Counted from the stretch's first letter, positions 28,339-38,460 are shown. The stretch: DNA of 64,000 nt from an uncultured Clostridium sp. (GCA_947573555.1 CANPFO010000002.1:1276-65275), one strand, 5' to 3'. Notes: generated by a model from the letters alone, not told the origin. Numbers and translations are program-made.

Positions 28339-28378
28339 AATCCCCCCATTAATTTTATAAATAATGGGGGGATTTTTA
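28339..28378 (+). terminator. rho-independent terminator
   Basis: ATCCCCCCA / TGGGGGGAT stem followed by TTTT. Confidence 0.7.
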
Positions 28379-28481
28379 AAATGAAAATTTTATATTTTAA
28401 ATTTCAATAAAAAAAAGTAACATCAATTTAACTGATATTACTTTAATACTTTTTCTTACACAGATTAGTATAAGTCTGTTC

Positions 28482-28558
28482 TGGTGGGCCAAGAGAGATT
28501 CGAACTCCCGACCCCACGCTTAGAAGGCGTGTGCTCTATCCAACTGAGCTATTGACCC
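28482..28558 (-). tRNA. tRNA-Arg (anticodon TCT)
   Basis: Reverse complement GGGTCAATAGCTCAGTTGGATAGAGCACACGCCTTCTAAGCGTGGGGTCGGGAGTTCGAATCTCTCTTGGCCCACCA. Anticodon loop CTTCTAA. Confidence 0.9.
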
Positions 28559-28658
28559 ATAACATTTGAACAATAAATATAATAACACAAAAATAGTAAG
28601 ATGTCAACAAAAAATGAAAGATTTTTAAAAATAAAAATCTTTCATTTTGATAAAAACA

Positions 28659-29477
28659 TCAATACCCTAAAATCTTATTTCGAGTAACTTTAACTTTTGA
28701 ATAATTTATTAAATCCAACTTATTAATATAATTAGAATCATCAACCATCGAAACCTCAACAGAAGCAATACTTTCAGATTTAATCTCTTTCTTTATTCCA
28801 TCAATAATAATACAAATATTATTAGAAGGTTTTAAGACAATATTAATTTTAGAACAAATTATAGGATTTGTTATAAAACGTTCATAAACAGCATTATTAA
28901 TAGGAATCTCAAGAGTACGAACAAGTTGAAAATTATTGCTAAAATCAATAGCACCATTAGCATTAAGAGAATAAGCTGTATCACCAGCACTAGTAGCAAT
29001 TATAATAGCATTACCAGAAACATTCTGAAAAAGCTCTCCATTAATATACTCCGAAAAAGATATCTTAGAATAACAACCTCCACCAATAACAATTTCATTA
29101 AAAGCAAAAAAATTAAGAAAAGTACCATCTTTTAAAAATATTTTTATTAAAGCAGTATAAACTTTTCTAGTTTTCAAATCTTGCTCAAAATTAATATAAT
29201 TGATAAGAGAAAAAATATCATTTTCAGATAAATCCTGTAAAAAACCAAGAGTACCAGTATGAATTCCAGTATAAATTTTAGATTTTGAAAAGTTAGTATT
29301 TGTAACAGCATCAATAAAAGTTCCATCACCACCAACTGCGATAATCAAATCAGCATCGTCACATTCATTAAGAGAGTGAGACAATTTAGAATTTAATTCT
29401 CTAATATTCTTAGCAATTTGCCGGCTTTTTTCATCTGGACGTACAAATAACCTAAAAGATTTTACTGAATTTTTCAT
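28659..29477 (-). CDS. nadK: NAD+ kinase
   Basis: ...ADLIIAVGGDGTFI..., ...GTLGFL..., ...IIATSAGDTAYSLNANG... AAGGAGG RBS. Contains an in-frame CGG (29423-29421) that is read through in frame. Confidence 0.85.
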   Translation of the reverse strand: MKNSVKSFRLFVRPDEKSRQIAKNIRELNSKLSHSLNECDDADLIIAVGGDGTFIDAVTNTNFSKSKIYTGIHTGTLGFLQDLSENDIFSLINYINFEQDLKTRKVYTALIKIFLKDGTFLNFFAFNEIVIGGGCYSKISFSEYINGELFQNVSGNAIIIATSAGDTAYSLNANGAIDFSNNFQLVRTLEIPINNAVYERFITNPIICSKINIVLKPSNNICIIIDGIKKEIKSESIASVEVSMVDDSNYINKLDLINYSKVKVTRNKILGY

Positions 29478-29575
29478 GTTGTTATCCTCCTTATAATTAG
29501 ACTAAATTATTAATTCTAAATATAAAATTTAAAAGCTAGTAATAGTATATCAGAAAAATACATAAAATTCAAGAA

Positions 29576-29994
29576 ATTTGTGGGATAAGGGAACGTTTCT
29601 AAAAATCCCTCGAAATAGGGAATAAGGGACACTCTTTGGTGAAACACATCCACTTTCTCTTTTTTTACTCCGTATTTCCCCAATCGTTACTATATAAAAT
29701 ACATATGGTAATTTGTTCATTTCACTCAAAAACAAGTTGTAATATAAGAATTTGGGCCGCTTTCACTCAGGCTAAAAAGTTATATAATATAACTTTTTCC
29801 CGTGAACATTCCTCAAATTCTTACATAACAACTTGTATTTTTCATTCCAATCAATCATTACCATATGTATTTTATATAGTAACGATTGGGGAAATACGGA
29901 GTAAAAAAAGAGAAAGTGGATGTGTTTCACCAAAGAGTGTCCCTTATTCCCTATTTCGAGGAATTTTTAGAAACATACCCTTATCCCGACAAAT
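29576..29994. repeat. about 420-bp near-perfect palindromic element (element A)
   Basis: Arms 29576-29710 and 29868-29994 are reverse complements with few mismatches. The interior contains further nested inverted repeats centred near 29786. Confidence 0.85.
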
Positions 29995-30091
29995 ACTTAT
30001 TTCCGTAATGTAAATTCTTTGTGAAAAACTTTACATTAATATTTATAAATGATATTATATGAAAAAAATAAAATGTAAGGAGGAATTTTTC

Positions 30092-31033
30092 GTGATAGAA
30101 GTAAAAAACATCACAAAAAAATACGGAAGCACTACGGCAGTAGACAATATAACCTTCAATATAAATGAAGGCGAAATAATTGGACTACTAGGACCAAATG
30201 GAGCTGGAAAAAGCACAACAATGAATATGATAACAGGCTATATAGAACCAACAGAAGGCGAAATAATAATAAATGGAAATAACATTTCAAAAAAACCACA
30301 AAAAGCAAAGAGACAAATAGGGTATATGCCTGAAGGAGTACCATTATATTCAGATTTAAACGTAAAAGAATTTGTAACATATATGGCAGAACTAAAAAAA
30401 GTAGAGAAAAAGACTAGAAAAGAAAAGGTAGAGAAAATAATAGAACAAACAGGATTAAAAGATGTTGAAAATAAATTAACACGTAATTTATCAAGAGGAT
30501 ACAAACAAAGAGTAAGTATGGCAGGAGCATTAGTTGGAGAACCACAAATCCTTATATTAGATGAACCAACAGTAGGATTAGATCCAAAGCAAATAACAGA
30601 AATAAGAGCATTAATAAAAGAATTAGGAAAAACACATACAGTAATACTAAGTTCACACATATTATCTGAAGTAAGCCAAATTTGCAACAAAGTTATAATA
30701 ATAAATAAAGGAAAAATAGTTGCAGTAGATACTCCAGAAAATTTAGAGAAAAGAGTAACAAATAATAATGTAACATATGTAACAGTAGAAGATACAGAAA
30801 ACAAAATGAATACAATAAAAGATAAAATAGAACAAATAAAAGAAATTAAGTTAATAAAAGAGAATGAAGATGGAACAAAACAATATTCATTAGAATCAGA
30901 AAAAGATGTAGACTTAAGAAAAATAATATTTACTGAATTTGCTAGAGAAAATATAACAATATTTGAAATGAAACAAGCAGATAGTACATTAGAAGATGCA
31001 TTTATGAAACTAATAGAAGGAGGAGAAAAATAA
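30092..31033 (+). CDS. ABC transporter ATP-binding protein
   Basis: Walker A GLLGPNGAGKST, signature LSRGYKQR, Walker B ILILDEP. AAGGAGG RBS before GTG 30092. Confidence 0.9.
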   Translation: MIEVKNITKKYGSTTAVDNITFNINEGEIIGLLGPNGAGKSTTMNMITGYIEPTEGEIIINGNNISKKPQKAKRQIGYMPEGVPLYSDLNVKEFVTYMAELKKVEKKTRKEKVEKIIEQTGLKDVENKLTRNLSRGYKQRVSMAGALVGEPQILILDEPTVGLDPKQITEIRALIKELGKTHTVILSSHILSEVSQICNKVIIINKGKIVAVDTPENLEKRVTNNNVTYVTVEDTENKMNTIKDKIEQIKEIKLIKENEDGTKQYSLESEKDVDLRKIIFTEFARENITIFEMKQADSTLEDAFMKLIEGGEK

Positions 31034-31035
31034 TT

Positions 31036-31722
31036 ATGTGGGCAGTAGTAAAAAAAGAGTTAAAATCATATTTTTGTACTCCAATAGGATATATTTTTAT
31101 AGGAGTATTCTTAATAGCATTTAGTATATCATTTTACTTTAGTGTAATAGGATATGGAAATGTTAACTTTGAATACATTTATTATACATTACCAACAATA
31201 TTGGTATTAGCATTTATAATTCCATTATTAACAATGAGGTCTTTTGCAGAAGAAAGAAAAACAGGAACAGAACAATTACTTTTAACATCACCAATAAGTA
31301 TTACTAAAATAGTATTAGGGAAATTTATTGCAGCGACAACAATAGTGTTAATTACAGAACTATGCACATTTATGTATTTTGGAATATTATGCCATTATGG
31401 AATGCCAAAATTAACAACAACATTTGCAACATTATTTGGATTTTTATTATTTGTAATGTCTTATATATCTTTCGGTATGTTAGCATCAAGTATAAACGAA
31501 AATCAAATAATAGCTGGTATTATATCAATAGGATTTTTTGTAATTACTTGGGTGTTACCAGAATTTAATTCTAACTTAGAAGGTTACTCTTTTATAAATA
31601 TGTTTTATAAGTATACACAAGGGCAAATTGATATAGGTAATACAGTAACATTTTTAACATTTACTATTACATGCATATTATTAACAATAATTGTTATGCA
31701 AAGAAGAAAAAGTGTTAAATAA
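31036..31722 (+). CDS. ABC-2 type permease (GldF-like)
   Basis: Six predicted hydrophobic helices. Translationally coupled to the ATPase gene. Confidence 0.8.
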   Translation: MWAVVKKELKSYFCTPIGYIFIGVFLIAFSISFYFSVIGYGNVNFEYIYYTLPTILVLAFIIPLLTMRSFAEERKTGTEQLLLTSPISITKIVLGKFIAATTIVLITELCTFMYFGILCHYGMPKLTTTFATLFGFLLFVMSYISFGMLASSINENQIIAGIISIGFFVITWVLPEFNSNLEGYSFINMFYKYTQGQIDIGNTVTFLTFTITCILLTIIVMQRRKSVK

Positions 31723-31736
31723 GAAGGAGGATAAAA

Positions 31737-33185
31737 GTGAAAGAAAATAAATTTATAGAAACCATAAAGAAAAAATGGTTAATAAATAGCTCAAAAACAA
31801 TAATATTAATAATAATAATACTTGCTCTTTTTATAGGAATAACAATTACAATGCAAAAATTACAATTAACACCAATAGACTTAACAGCAGATAAATTATT
31901 TACATTGACAGAAGAGAGTAAACAAAAAGTAAAAGATATTGAAAAAGAAATTAATATATTTTTTGTAGGTTATACAGATGAAGATTCAACACTCGACCTA
32001 GCAAAACAGTATACTAAAGTGAATGATAAGATAAAAATAGAATCTGTAACAGCAACAGACAGACCAGACTTAGTTCAAAAATATGGTATAGAAACAAATA
32101 GTCAAGGAATAATTGTAGAAGCAGGAGAACGATATAAAGTATTAGCTTCAAGTGATTTATATACTTATGATAACTCAACATATGAAACAATAAATGTTGC
32201 AGAAGAAAAATTAACAGCAGCTATAAAGTCAGTATCTGTAGAACAATTACCTAAAGTTTACTTTTTAAGTGGATATAGTGAATTTTCGTTAAATACAGGA
32301 ATGCAATATTTAAATATGTATTTAGAAAATGAAGTAAACGAAGTTCAATCATTAGATATATTATCACAAGGAAAAGTTCCAGAAGATTGTAACACTCTAG
32401 TTGTATTATCACCTGAAAAAGATTTTGATGACATAGCAACAAATGCAATTACAGATTATATAAATAAAGGTGGAAATATACTTTGGTTAAATGCTGCTAC
32501 TACACGAAATTTAGATTTAACAAATGTTAATAAAATATTAGCACTATATGGAGTAAATCCATTTGAATCTGGAATTATAAGAGAAACAGATAATAGTAAA
32601 ATGGTTTCAGGTTCACCAGATTTAATAATGCCAGAAGTACAGTATTCAGATGTAACATCTAAAATATATGACTCAGAAGGACTAATTTTTATAAATGCTA
32701 CAAAAATAAATGTAGTAGATAGCGAAAAATTAGAAACCTTAGGAATAGAAAAAACAGATTTAATAACAACAAGCGAAAATGCTTACTTTAGGAAAAACTT
32801 TCAAATTTCATCTCAAACTATACAAGATGGAGAAGAAAAAGGAAAGCTTTTAGTTGGTGCAAAATTAGATAAAACAATATCAGAAGAAACTAAATCAACA
32901 TTAATAATATATGGAGAGAATTACTTTGTTTCAGATTATCAGTTAACACAAACAAGCTATACTCCAATGGTTGCTTATAGACAAAACAAGGACTTAGTTT
33001 TAAATTCGATTGCATATTTATCAGATAGAGAAGAAGATATAACAGCAAGAAAGAGTACAGGAAATGTTACATACACAGCTACACAGTTAGAGAATAATAT
33101 TATATTAGGGATAATAACAATAGTGCCATTATTAATTATAATAATTGGAATAGTAGTTTGGATAAAAAGAAGAAGACAAAAATAA
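31737..33185 (+). CDS. GldG-like ABC-transport auxiliary protein
   Basis: N- and C-terminal TM anchors flank a large soluble domain. Gene order is ATPase, ABC-2 permease, auxiliary. AGGAGG RBS before GTG 31737. Confidence 0.7.
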   Translation: MKENKFIETIKKKWLINSSKTIILIIIILALFIGITITMQKLQLTPIDLTADKLFTLTEESKQKVKDIEKEINIFFVGYTDEDSTLDLAKQYTKVNDKIKIESVTATDRPDLVQKYGIETNSQGIIVEAGERYKVLASSDLYTYDNSTYETINVAEEKLTAAIKSVSVEQLPKVYFLSGYSEFSLNTGMQYLNMYLENEVNEVQSLDILSQGKVPEDCNTLVVLSPEKDFDDIATNAITDYINKGGNILWLNAATTRNLDLTNVNKILALYGVNPFESGIIRETDNSKMVSGSPDLIMPEVQYSDVTSKIYDSEGLIFINATKINVVDSEKLETLGIEKTDLITTSENAYFRKNFQISSQTIQDGEEKGKLLVGAKLDKTISEETKSTLIIYGENYFVSDYQLTQTSYTPMVAYRQNKDLVLNSIAYLSDREEDITARKSTGNVTYTATQLENNIILGIITIVPLLIIIIGIVVWIKRRRQK

Positions 33186-33200
33186 GTTGTTTCTGAAAAA

Positions 33201-33438
33201 TTGGGGAATATATGAGCTAGTCTCAGAATTCCTCTTTTTTGTGGATATGTATATATTAAAATTTCGTTCTTTACTGGTCGGGTTAATCATATAAATACAC
33301 TATCAACATTTCAATACTAAAAGTATTAATCTGTCTTATCTGTATTAAATCGACCCTCCCAAGCTGCGCATCACTTAATTTTAATATATACATATCCACA
33401 AAAAAGAGGAATTTTGAGACTAGCTCATATATTCCCAA
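33201..33438. repeat. palindromic element B (62-bp arms, 115-bp spacer)
   Basis: 33201-33262 is the reverse complement of 33378-33438. The spacer carries the core CCCTCCCAAGCTGCGCATCACTTAA, shared with element C. Confidence 0.8.
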
Positions 33439-33507
33439 GTTTGAGTAGCTGCAAAAATAAAATCATAAAAAACAATAATCCTCATAAGATAACATGGGGT
33501 TCTTTTT

Positions 33508-34530
33508 ATGCATATTTTAAAAATAGTATTTGTTATAATAGGAACACTTATTGGAGCTGGATTTGCATCTGGCCAAGAAATATATGTGTTTTTCTATTCA
33601 TTTGGAATAAATGGAATATATGGAATGCTTCTTTCAAGTAGTATAATAGGATTAACTATATATTCAACATTTAAAATAATAAAAAAATTTAGTATAAATA
33701 ATTATGAAGATTTTTTAAATAAATTAGTAAAAAATAAAAAATTAAAAGAAATAATTAGTATTATAATAAACATTTTTATACTCATTTCTTTTTATATTAT
33801 GGTAGCTGGATTTGGCGCCTATTTAGAACAAGAATATAATTTAAATAACATTTTAGGAAGTGGAATTTTAGCACTAATTTGCTTAATAGTATTTAAAAAA
33901 GACGTAAAAATTTTAGTGAAAATAAACGAAATATTAATTCCACTATTAATAGCAATAATACTATTTATTGGAATGATTAATGTTAATAATATTGATTTTG
34001 CTAATTTAAAAAGTTACATAATCGAAAATAATAATAGAGAGTGGCTTATAATGAGTATTATGTATGCAAGCTACAATTGCATATTATTAGTGCCAATATT
34101 AATATCTATAAAAAGTTACATAAAGAAAGAAAAAGACATAAAATATATATCTATAATAAGTACTATAATTATTTTTGTTTTACTAATTTCTATATTTTTT
34201 CTTTTAATTAATGTGGATATAAATATAAAAGACTTGGAAATGCCTGCTGTATATGCAATACAGAAAATATGCTATAATATTAAAAATATTTATGGAGTTA
34301 TTATTTTAATTTCTATATTCACAACGGCCATATCGTCGGGATTAAGTTTTTTAAATAATACATGTAAGAGTACAAAAAAATATAATATTTCAGCTATATT
34401 TATATGCTTTTCATCTATTGTTTTTTCTAAGATAGGTTTTTCTAATTTAGTTAATTTGCTGTATCCAATATTAGGACTTTTAGGGGCTATACAGATTATA
34501 CAGATTTTGATGCATATAAAACATAGTTAG
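33508..34530 (+). CDS. YkvI-family membrane protein (putative transporter)
   Basis: N-terminus ...VIIGTLIGAGFASGQEIYVFF... and about 10 hydrophobic segments. Confidence 0.65.
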   Translation: MHILKIVFVIIGTLIGAGFASGQEIYVFFYSFGINGIYGMLLSSSIIGLTIYSTFKIIKKFSINNYEDFLNKLVKNKKLKEIISIIINIFILISFYIMVAGFGAYLEQEYNLNNILGSGILALICLIVFKKDVKILVKINEILIPLLIAIILFIGMINVNNIDFANLKSYIIENNNREWLIMSIMYASYNCILLVPILISIKSYIKKEKDIKYISIISTIIIFVLLISIFFLLINVDINIKDLEMPAVYAIQKICYNIKNIYGVIILISIFTTAISSGLSFLNNTCKSTKKYNISAIFICFSSIVFSKIGFSNLVNLLYPILGLLGAIQIIQILMHIKHS

Positions 34531-34590
34531 CAGTAATAAATGTTTACATATTAATATATAAACATTTTAGTTATTTATAATTTTCGTATT

Positions 34591-35011
34591 TTTTACAATG
34601 AGTTTCTTGCAATTCTTACTAATAGTATCTAAAATTAATAAAGATTGCTTGATTGGAATGAAAAATAGAAGTTGTAAAATAAAAAAATAAGTAACGTTCA
34701 CGGGAAAAAATTATTAATGTATCTTTTTCAAAAACTTTTCGGCTCAATACATAAATCAAAAACTTCTAAAATTAGTTTATGGCACCCTTCCATTTCGCTA
34801 CGCTCATGAACTCTTTCCATAAACTAATTAAGAAGTTTTAAATTTATTCCAGTCACATTCAAAGTTTTATCAAAAGATACATTAATAATTTTTTAGCCTG
34901 AGTGAAAAATGCTTATTTTTTTATACTACAACTTCTTTTTGAATGGAATGAACAAAATCTTTATTAATTTTAGGTACTATTAGTAAGAATTGCAAGAAAC
35001 TCATTGTAAAA
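34591..35011. repeat. nested palindromic element D
   Basis: Outer arms 34591-34646 / 34956-35011 have one mismatch. Inner imperfect arms are 34651-34727 / 34872-34953. Central small palindrome is 34759-34839. Confidence 0.8.
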
Positions 35012-35099
35012 AATACTGAAATTTAAATTTAGTTATTATATTGCAAAAATTAATAAAAACTGATATAACTATTAATATAAAAACGTAGGAGAAATAAAA

Positions 35100-36290
35100 A
35101 TGAAAGATTATTGGAAAGAACCAGAAGAAAAAAAAATAAACCCCAAAAAGCTATTATTACTAATTACAATAGCCATAATAGCCATAATAGCAATAATACT
35201 TACAACAATGGCAATAATTTATATAAATAATAAAGAAATAAGAACATGGGTAGATAAGAATATATTACAAAAAGAAAAAATGCAAAACAACTTACCAAGT
35301 ATAGAGATAGATGAAAGTGAAAGCTCAAATATATATGCCTTTAATAAATATATAGGAGTATTAAGTAAAAATAATTTTTCAATATATAATAATGCTGGAA
35401 AAAAGGAAAATACGTTAACACTAGAGATAACAACACCAATATTTAATTCTAATAATAAACAGTTAGTTGTTGCAGAAGAAAAAGGAAAAAAACTATACTT
35501 AATAACAGATAAAGAAATAGTATGGGAGAGAGAAGTAGAGGGGAATATAGCTCAAGTTACTGTAAATGAAAATGGATATGTTGCTGTAACAATAGTAGAT
35601 ACACTTTATAAAACAGTAATAGCAATGTATAGTAGCGAAGGGGAACATCTATTTAGTACATTTTTATCAACAACAAGAGTTGCAGCAACTTCAATTTCTA
35701 ATGATAATAAATATTTAGCATTAGCAGAAATTGACACATCAGGAACAATGGTACAATCAAATATAAAGATATTGTCAATAGAAATGGGAAAAAAAGATAA
35801 TGAAAATTCGATAAAGAAGATATATAATGGGGAAAAAGGAGACTTAATAACAAACATAAAATATCAAGATAAGAATAAAATATTATGTATGTATACAAAT
35901 AAAATTACATGCATCAAAAATGAAGAGATAACAGAAAATTTGCAAGAATTTGATAAGAAAAAGATTTCATTTGCCTCTATAGAACTATCAAATCACTCAA
36001 TAACAGTTGAAGAGAAATCATCAGGTATATTTACTGCAGATTCAGTTGTAAATATAGTCAATTCAGAAAACAAGGGAATATCATTATATACAGCGGAATC
36101 TGTAACAAAAGAAATATATACAAGTGGAAACATAATAGCACTAAACTTAGGAGCAGAAGTTGAGTTCATAAATACAAACGCATGGTTAGTAAAAAAATAT
36201 ATTGCAGAACAAGAAATAACTAATATAGTTATATCTGATTCTATCGCAGGAATTATATATAGAGACAAAATTGAAATAATAAATTTATAA
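35100..36290 (+). CDS. membrane-anchored protein with repetitive beta-rich ectodomain
   Basis: AGGAG RBS. TM LLLLITIAIIAIIAIILTTMAIIYI. Lies upstream of cvpA, as in many Clostridia (possibly DUF5711-like; unverified). Confidence 0.55.
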   Translation: MKDYWKEPEEKKINPKKLLLLITIAIIAIIAIILTTMAIIYINNKEIRTWVDKNILQKEKMQNNLPSIEIDESESSNIYAFNKYIGVLSKNNFSIYNNAGKKENTLTLEITTPIFNSNNKQLVVAEEKGKKLYLITDKEIVWEREVEGNIAQVTVNENGYVAVTIVDTLYKTVIAMYSSEGEHLFSTFLSTTRVAATSISNDNKYLALAEIDTSGTMVQSNIKILSIEMGKKDNENSIKKIYNGEKGDLITNIKYQDKNKILCMYTNKITCIKNEEITENLQEFDKKKISFASIELSNHSITVEEKSSGIFTADSVVNIVNSENKGISLYTAESVTKEIYTSGNIIALNLGAEVEFINTNAWLVKKYIAEQEITNIVISDSIAGIIYRDKIEIINL

Positions 36291-36303
36291 AAGGAGAAAA
36301 AGA

Positions 36304-36897
36304 ATGGGAATTTTAATAGATATAATATTAATAGCAATAGTATTACTATCAACATTTTTAGGATATAAAAAAGGACTAGTAAAGTTAGCAACAAAACTAT
36401 TTGCTGGAATAATTGCAATTATAGTAACAATAGCTATATATAAACCGGTTTCTGGAATAATTATAAATAATACACAAATAGATGAAAAAATAGAACAAAT
36501 AATTATTGAAAATACAGAAAGATTTATAGAAGAAAAAACACAAGGCCAAAATGCTATTACAAATAATATTCAAAACGAAGTTGTACCAAAGCAAGCTAAA
36601 GAGATATCTAAAAGTGCAGTATATGCTGTAACAGCATTAGTATTATTTTTATTTGTAAAAATAGCTTTAAGTATAATTGTATCTATAATAGGATTTATAA
36701 CAGAACTTCCGATATTAAAACAATTTAACGAAATTGGTGGAATTATTTATGGTATATTAAGGGGAGCATTAATAGTATGTGCTGTTGTTTTAATAATGGG
36801 AGTTATAACAAAAGTAAATCCTCAAAATTCACTTAATAAAAATATTCAAACATCAATTTTAACAAAAATGATTTATGAAAATATTGTGAAATTTTAA
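36304..36897 (+). CDS. cvpA: CvpA-family membrane protein
   Basis: MGILIDIILIAIVLLSTFLGYKKGLVK... and four TM segments, the typical CvpA N-terminus. Confidence 0.75.
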   Translation: MGILIDIILIAIVLLSTFLGYKKGLVKLATKLFAGIIAIIVTIAIYKPVSGIIINNTQIDEKIEQIIIENTERFIEEKTQGQNAITNNIQNEVVPKQAKEISKSAVYAVTALVLFLFVKIALSIIVSIIGFITELPILKQFNEIGGIIYGILRGALIVCAVVLIMGVITKVNPQNSLNKNIQTSILTKMIYENIVKF

Positions 36898-36902
36898 TAA
36901 AA

Positions 36903-36936
36903 AAACGCAATTTGGTTGCGTTTTTTTTTATTTTTT
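36903..36936 (+). terminator. rho-independent terminator
   Basis: AACGCAA-TTTGG-TTGCGTT followed by T9. Confidence 0.75.
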
Positions 36937-36973
36937 GCTATACTAATTTTACAAAAATTTAGGAGTGATTATT

Positions 36974-38281
36974 TTGAAAAATAGATATAGAAACAAAAGA
37001 AAAAAGAAGCACATAGGAAGAAAAATATTATTATTAATACTATTAATATTATTAATAATAGGAGGGTGGTTTACATATAAAACGCAAAAAAATGGTGGAG
37101 GAATAAGCGGAATGCTTGCAACCGCTGTGGGACATGATGAAAATACAAAGAAAAACTTAAAAGAAATAAAAGTATTATTAATGGGGGTAAGTACAGACTT
37201 AGATTCAGAATTAACAGATACCATAATGGTTGTATCATATAATCCAAATACTCAGAAGGCAAACTTACTTTCAATACCAAGAGACACATTCACTGGTAAA
37301 AATCAAAGTAAAGCAACTGCATCGCAAAAATTAAATGCTTTATATAATATTACTAGAAAACCAGAAAGAACATTAAAAGCTGTAAATGAATTAACAGGAC
37401 TAGATATAGAATATTATGTATTAGTTAGAACAGAAGCATTAATACAATTGGTTAATGCAATAGGTGGAGTAGAATTTAATGTCCCAATAGATATGTATTA
37501 TACTGACAAATCACAAAATTTAGTAATAGATTTGAAACAAGGAATGCAAAAACTAAATGGAGATAAAGCAGAACAACTTATTCGTTTTAGACACAATAAT
37601 GATGGTTCATCATATCCAATAGAATATGGTGATAATGACTTTGGAAGAATGAGAACCCAAAGAGACTTTATTACAGCAACATTAAAACAAACATTAAAGC
37701 CAAGTAATATATTTAAAATAGGGCAAATATTAGAAATAGCACACAAAAATATAGAAACAAATTTGGACTTAGCCTTTATAAAAGACTATATACCTTATGC
37801 TGTTGAATTTGACGCAGAAAATATGAAAACAGCAACATTACCAGGAACTACGCCAGACCTTAAAGATACGAACAGAGTAAGTATATTTGTAATGGATAAA
37901 AGTGCTACAAAAGAGTTAATTCAAGAAATGTTTTATTCAGATAAAACAAGTGAAGCAACAAGTTCAAATACTATAATAAATGAAACTGTGGAGACATCAG
38001 CAACACCAGCTTCAGAAATAAAAGTTGAATTATTAAATGGAAGTGGAGACAAATCTAAGCTAGAAAAAGCTAAGAAAATGCTAGAGGATGCTGGATATAT
38101 AGTTAAAAAAACAGGGAATACATCATCAATTTCTAAAACAATTATAACAAATAAAAAAGATATAACAGATAGTGATTTAAAGAAGATTAAAGAAGTATTA
38201 GGAGAAGGCAGTTTAAGCACAAATAAAACAAACTATAGTACAGTAGATGTAAGCATTATAATAGGTAAAGAATTTAAATAG
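36974..38281 (+). CDS. LCP (LytR-CpsA-Psr) family protein with LytR_C domain
   Basis: ...LLMGVSTDLDSELTDTIMVVSYNPNTQKANLLSIPRDT...; C-terminal ...IKVELLNGSGDKSKLEKAKKMLEDAGY.... Start is uncertain (TTG 36974 after AGGAG, or GTG 36965). Confidence 0.8.
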   Translation: MKNRYRNKRKKKHIGRKILLLILLILLIIGGWFTYKTQKNGGGISGMLATAVGHDENTKKNLKEIKVLLMGVSTDLDSELTDTIMVVSYNPNTQKANLLSIPRDTFTGKNQSKATASQKLNALYNITRKPERTLKAVNELTGLDIEYYVLVRTEALIQLVNAIGGVEFNVPIDMYYTDKSQNLVIDLKQGMQKLNGDKAEQLIRFRHNNDGSSYPIEYGDNDFGRMRTQRDFITATLKQTLKPSNIFKIGQILEIAHKNIETNLDLAFIKDYIPYAVEFDAENMKTATLPGTTPDLKDTNRVSIFVMDKSATKELIQEMFYSDKTSEATSSNTIINETVETSATPASEIKVELLNGSGDKSKLEKAKKMLEDAGYIVKKTGNTSSISKTIITNKKDITDSDLKKIKEVLGEGSLSTNKTNYSTVDVSIIIGKEFK

Positions 38282-38301
38282 GGGGGATTTAAGAGGGCAA
38301 T

Positions 38302-38460
38302 GTCTCAAAAAGAGAATATTCAGCCAAGTATAAAGCCCCTCTTTTTCTATGGTCATATATATTAAAACTCCCCTCCCAAACTGTGCATCACTTAATTTTA
38401 ATATATATGACCATAGAAAAGAGGGGCTTTATACTTGGCTGAATATTCTCTTCTTGAGGC
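38302..38460. repeat. palindromic element C (65-bp arms, 28-nt loop), likely bidirectional terminator
   Basis: 38302-38367 is the reverse complement of 38396-38460. Loop is CTCCCCTCCCAAACTGTGCATCACTTAA. It sits between convergent genes. Confidence 0.8.

Noticed and set aside
29550-30013. ORFs 29550..29735(-) and 29636..30013(+) encoding the same peptide LPYVFYIVTIGEIRSKKRESGCVSPKSVPYSLFRGIFRN
   Set aside because: They are mirror images produced by the two arms of palindromic element A. They have no RBS and overlap each other.
33414-33641. ORF 33414..33641(+); also 38349..38573(+)
   Set aside because: They start inside palindromic elements B and C and run into, or overlap, neighbouring genes in another frame. 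They have no RBS.
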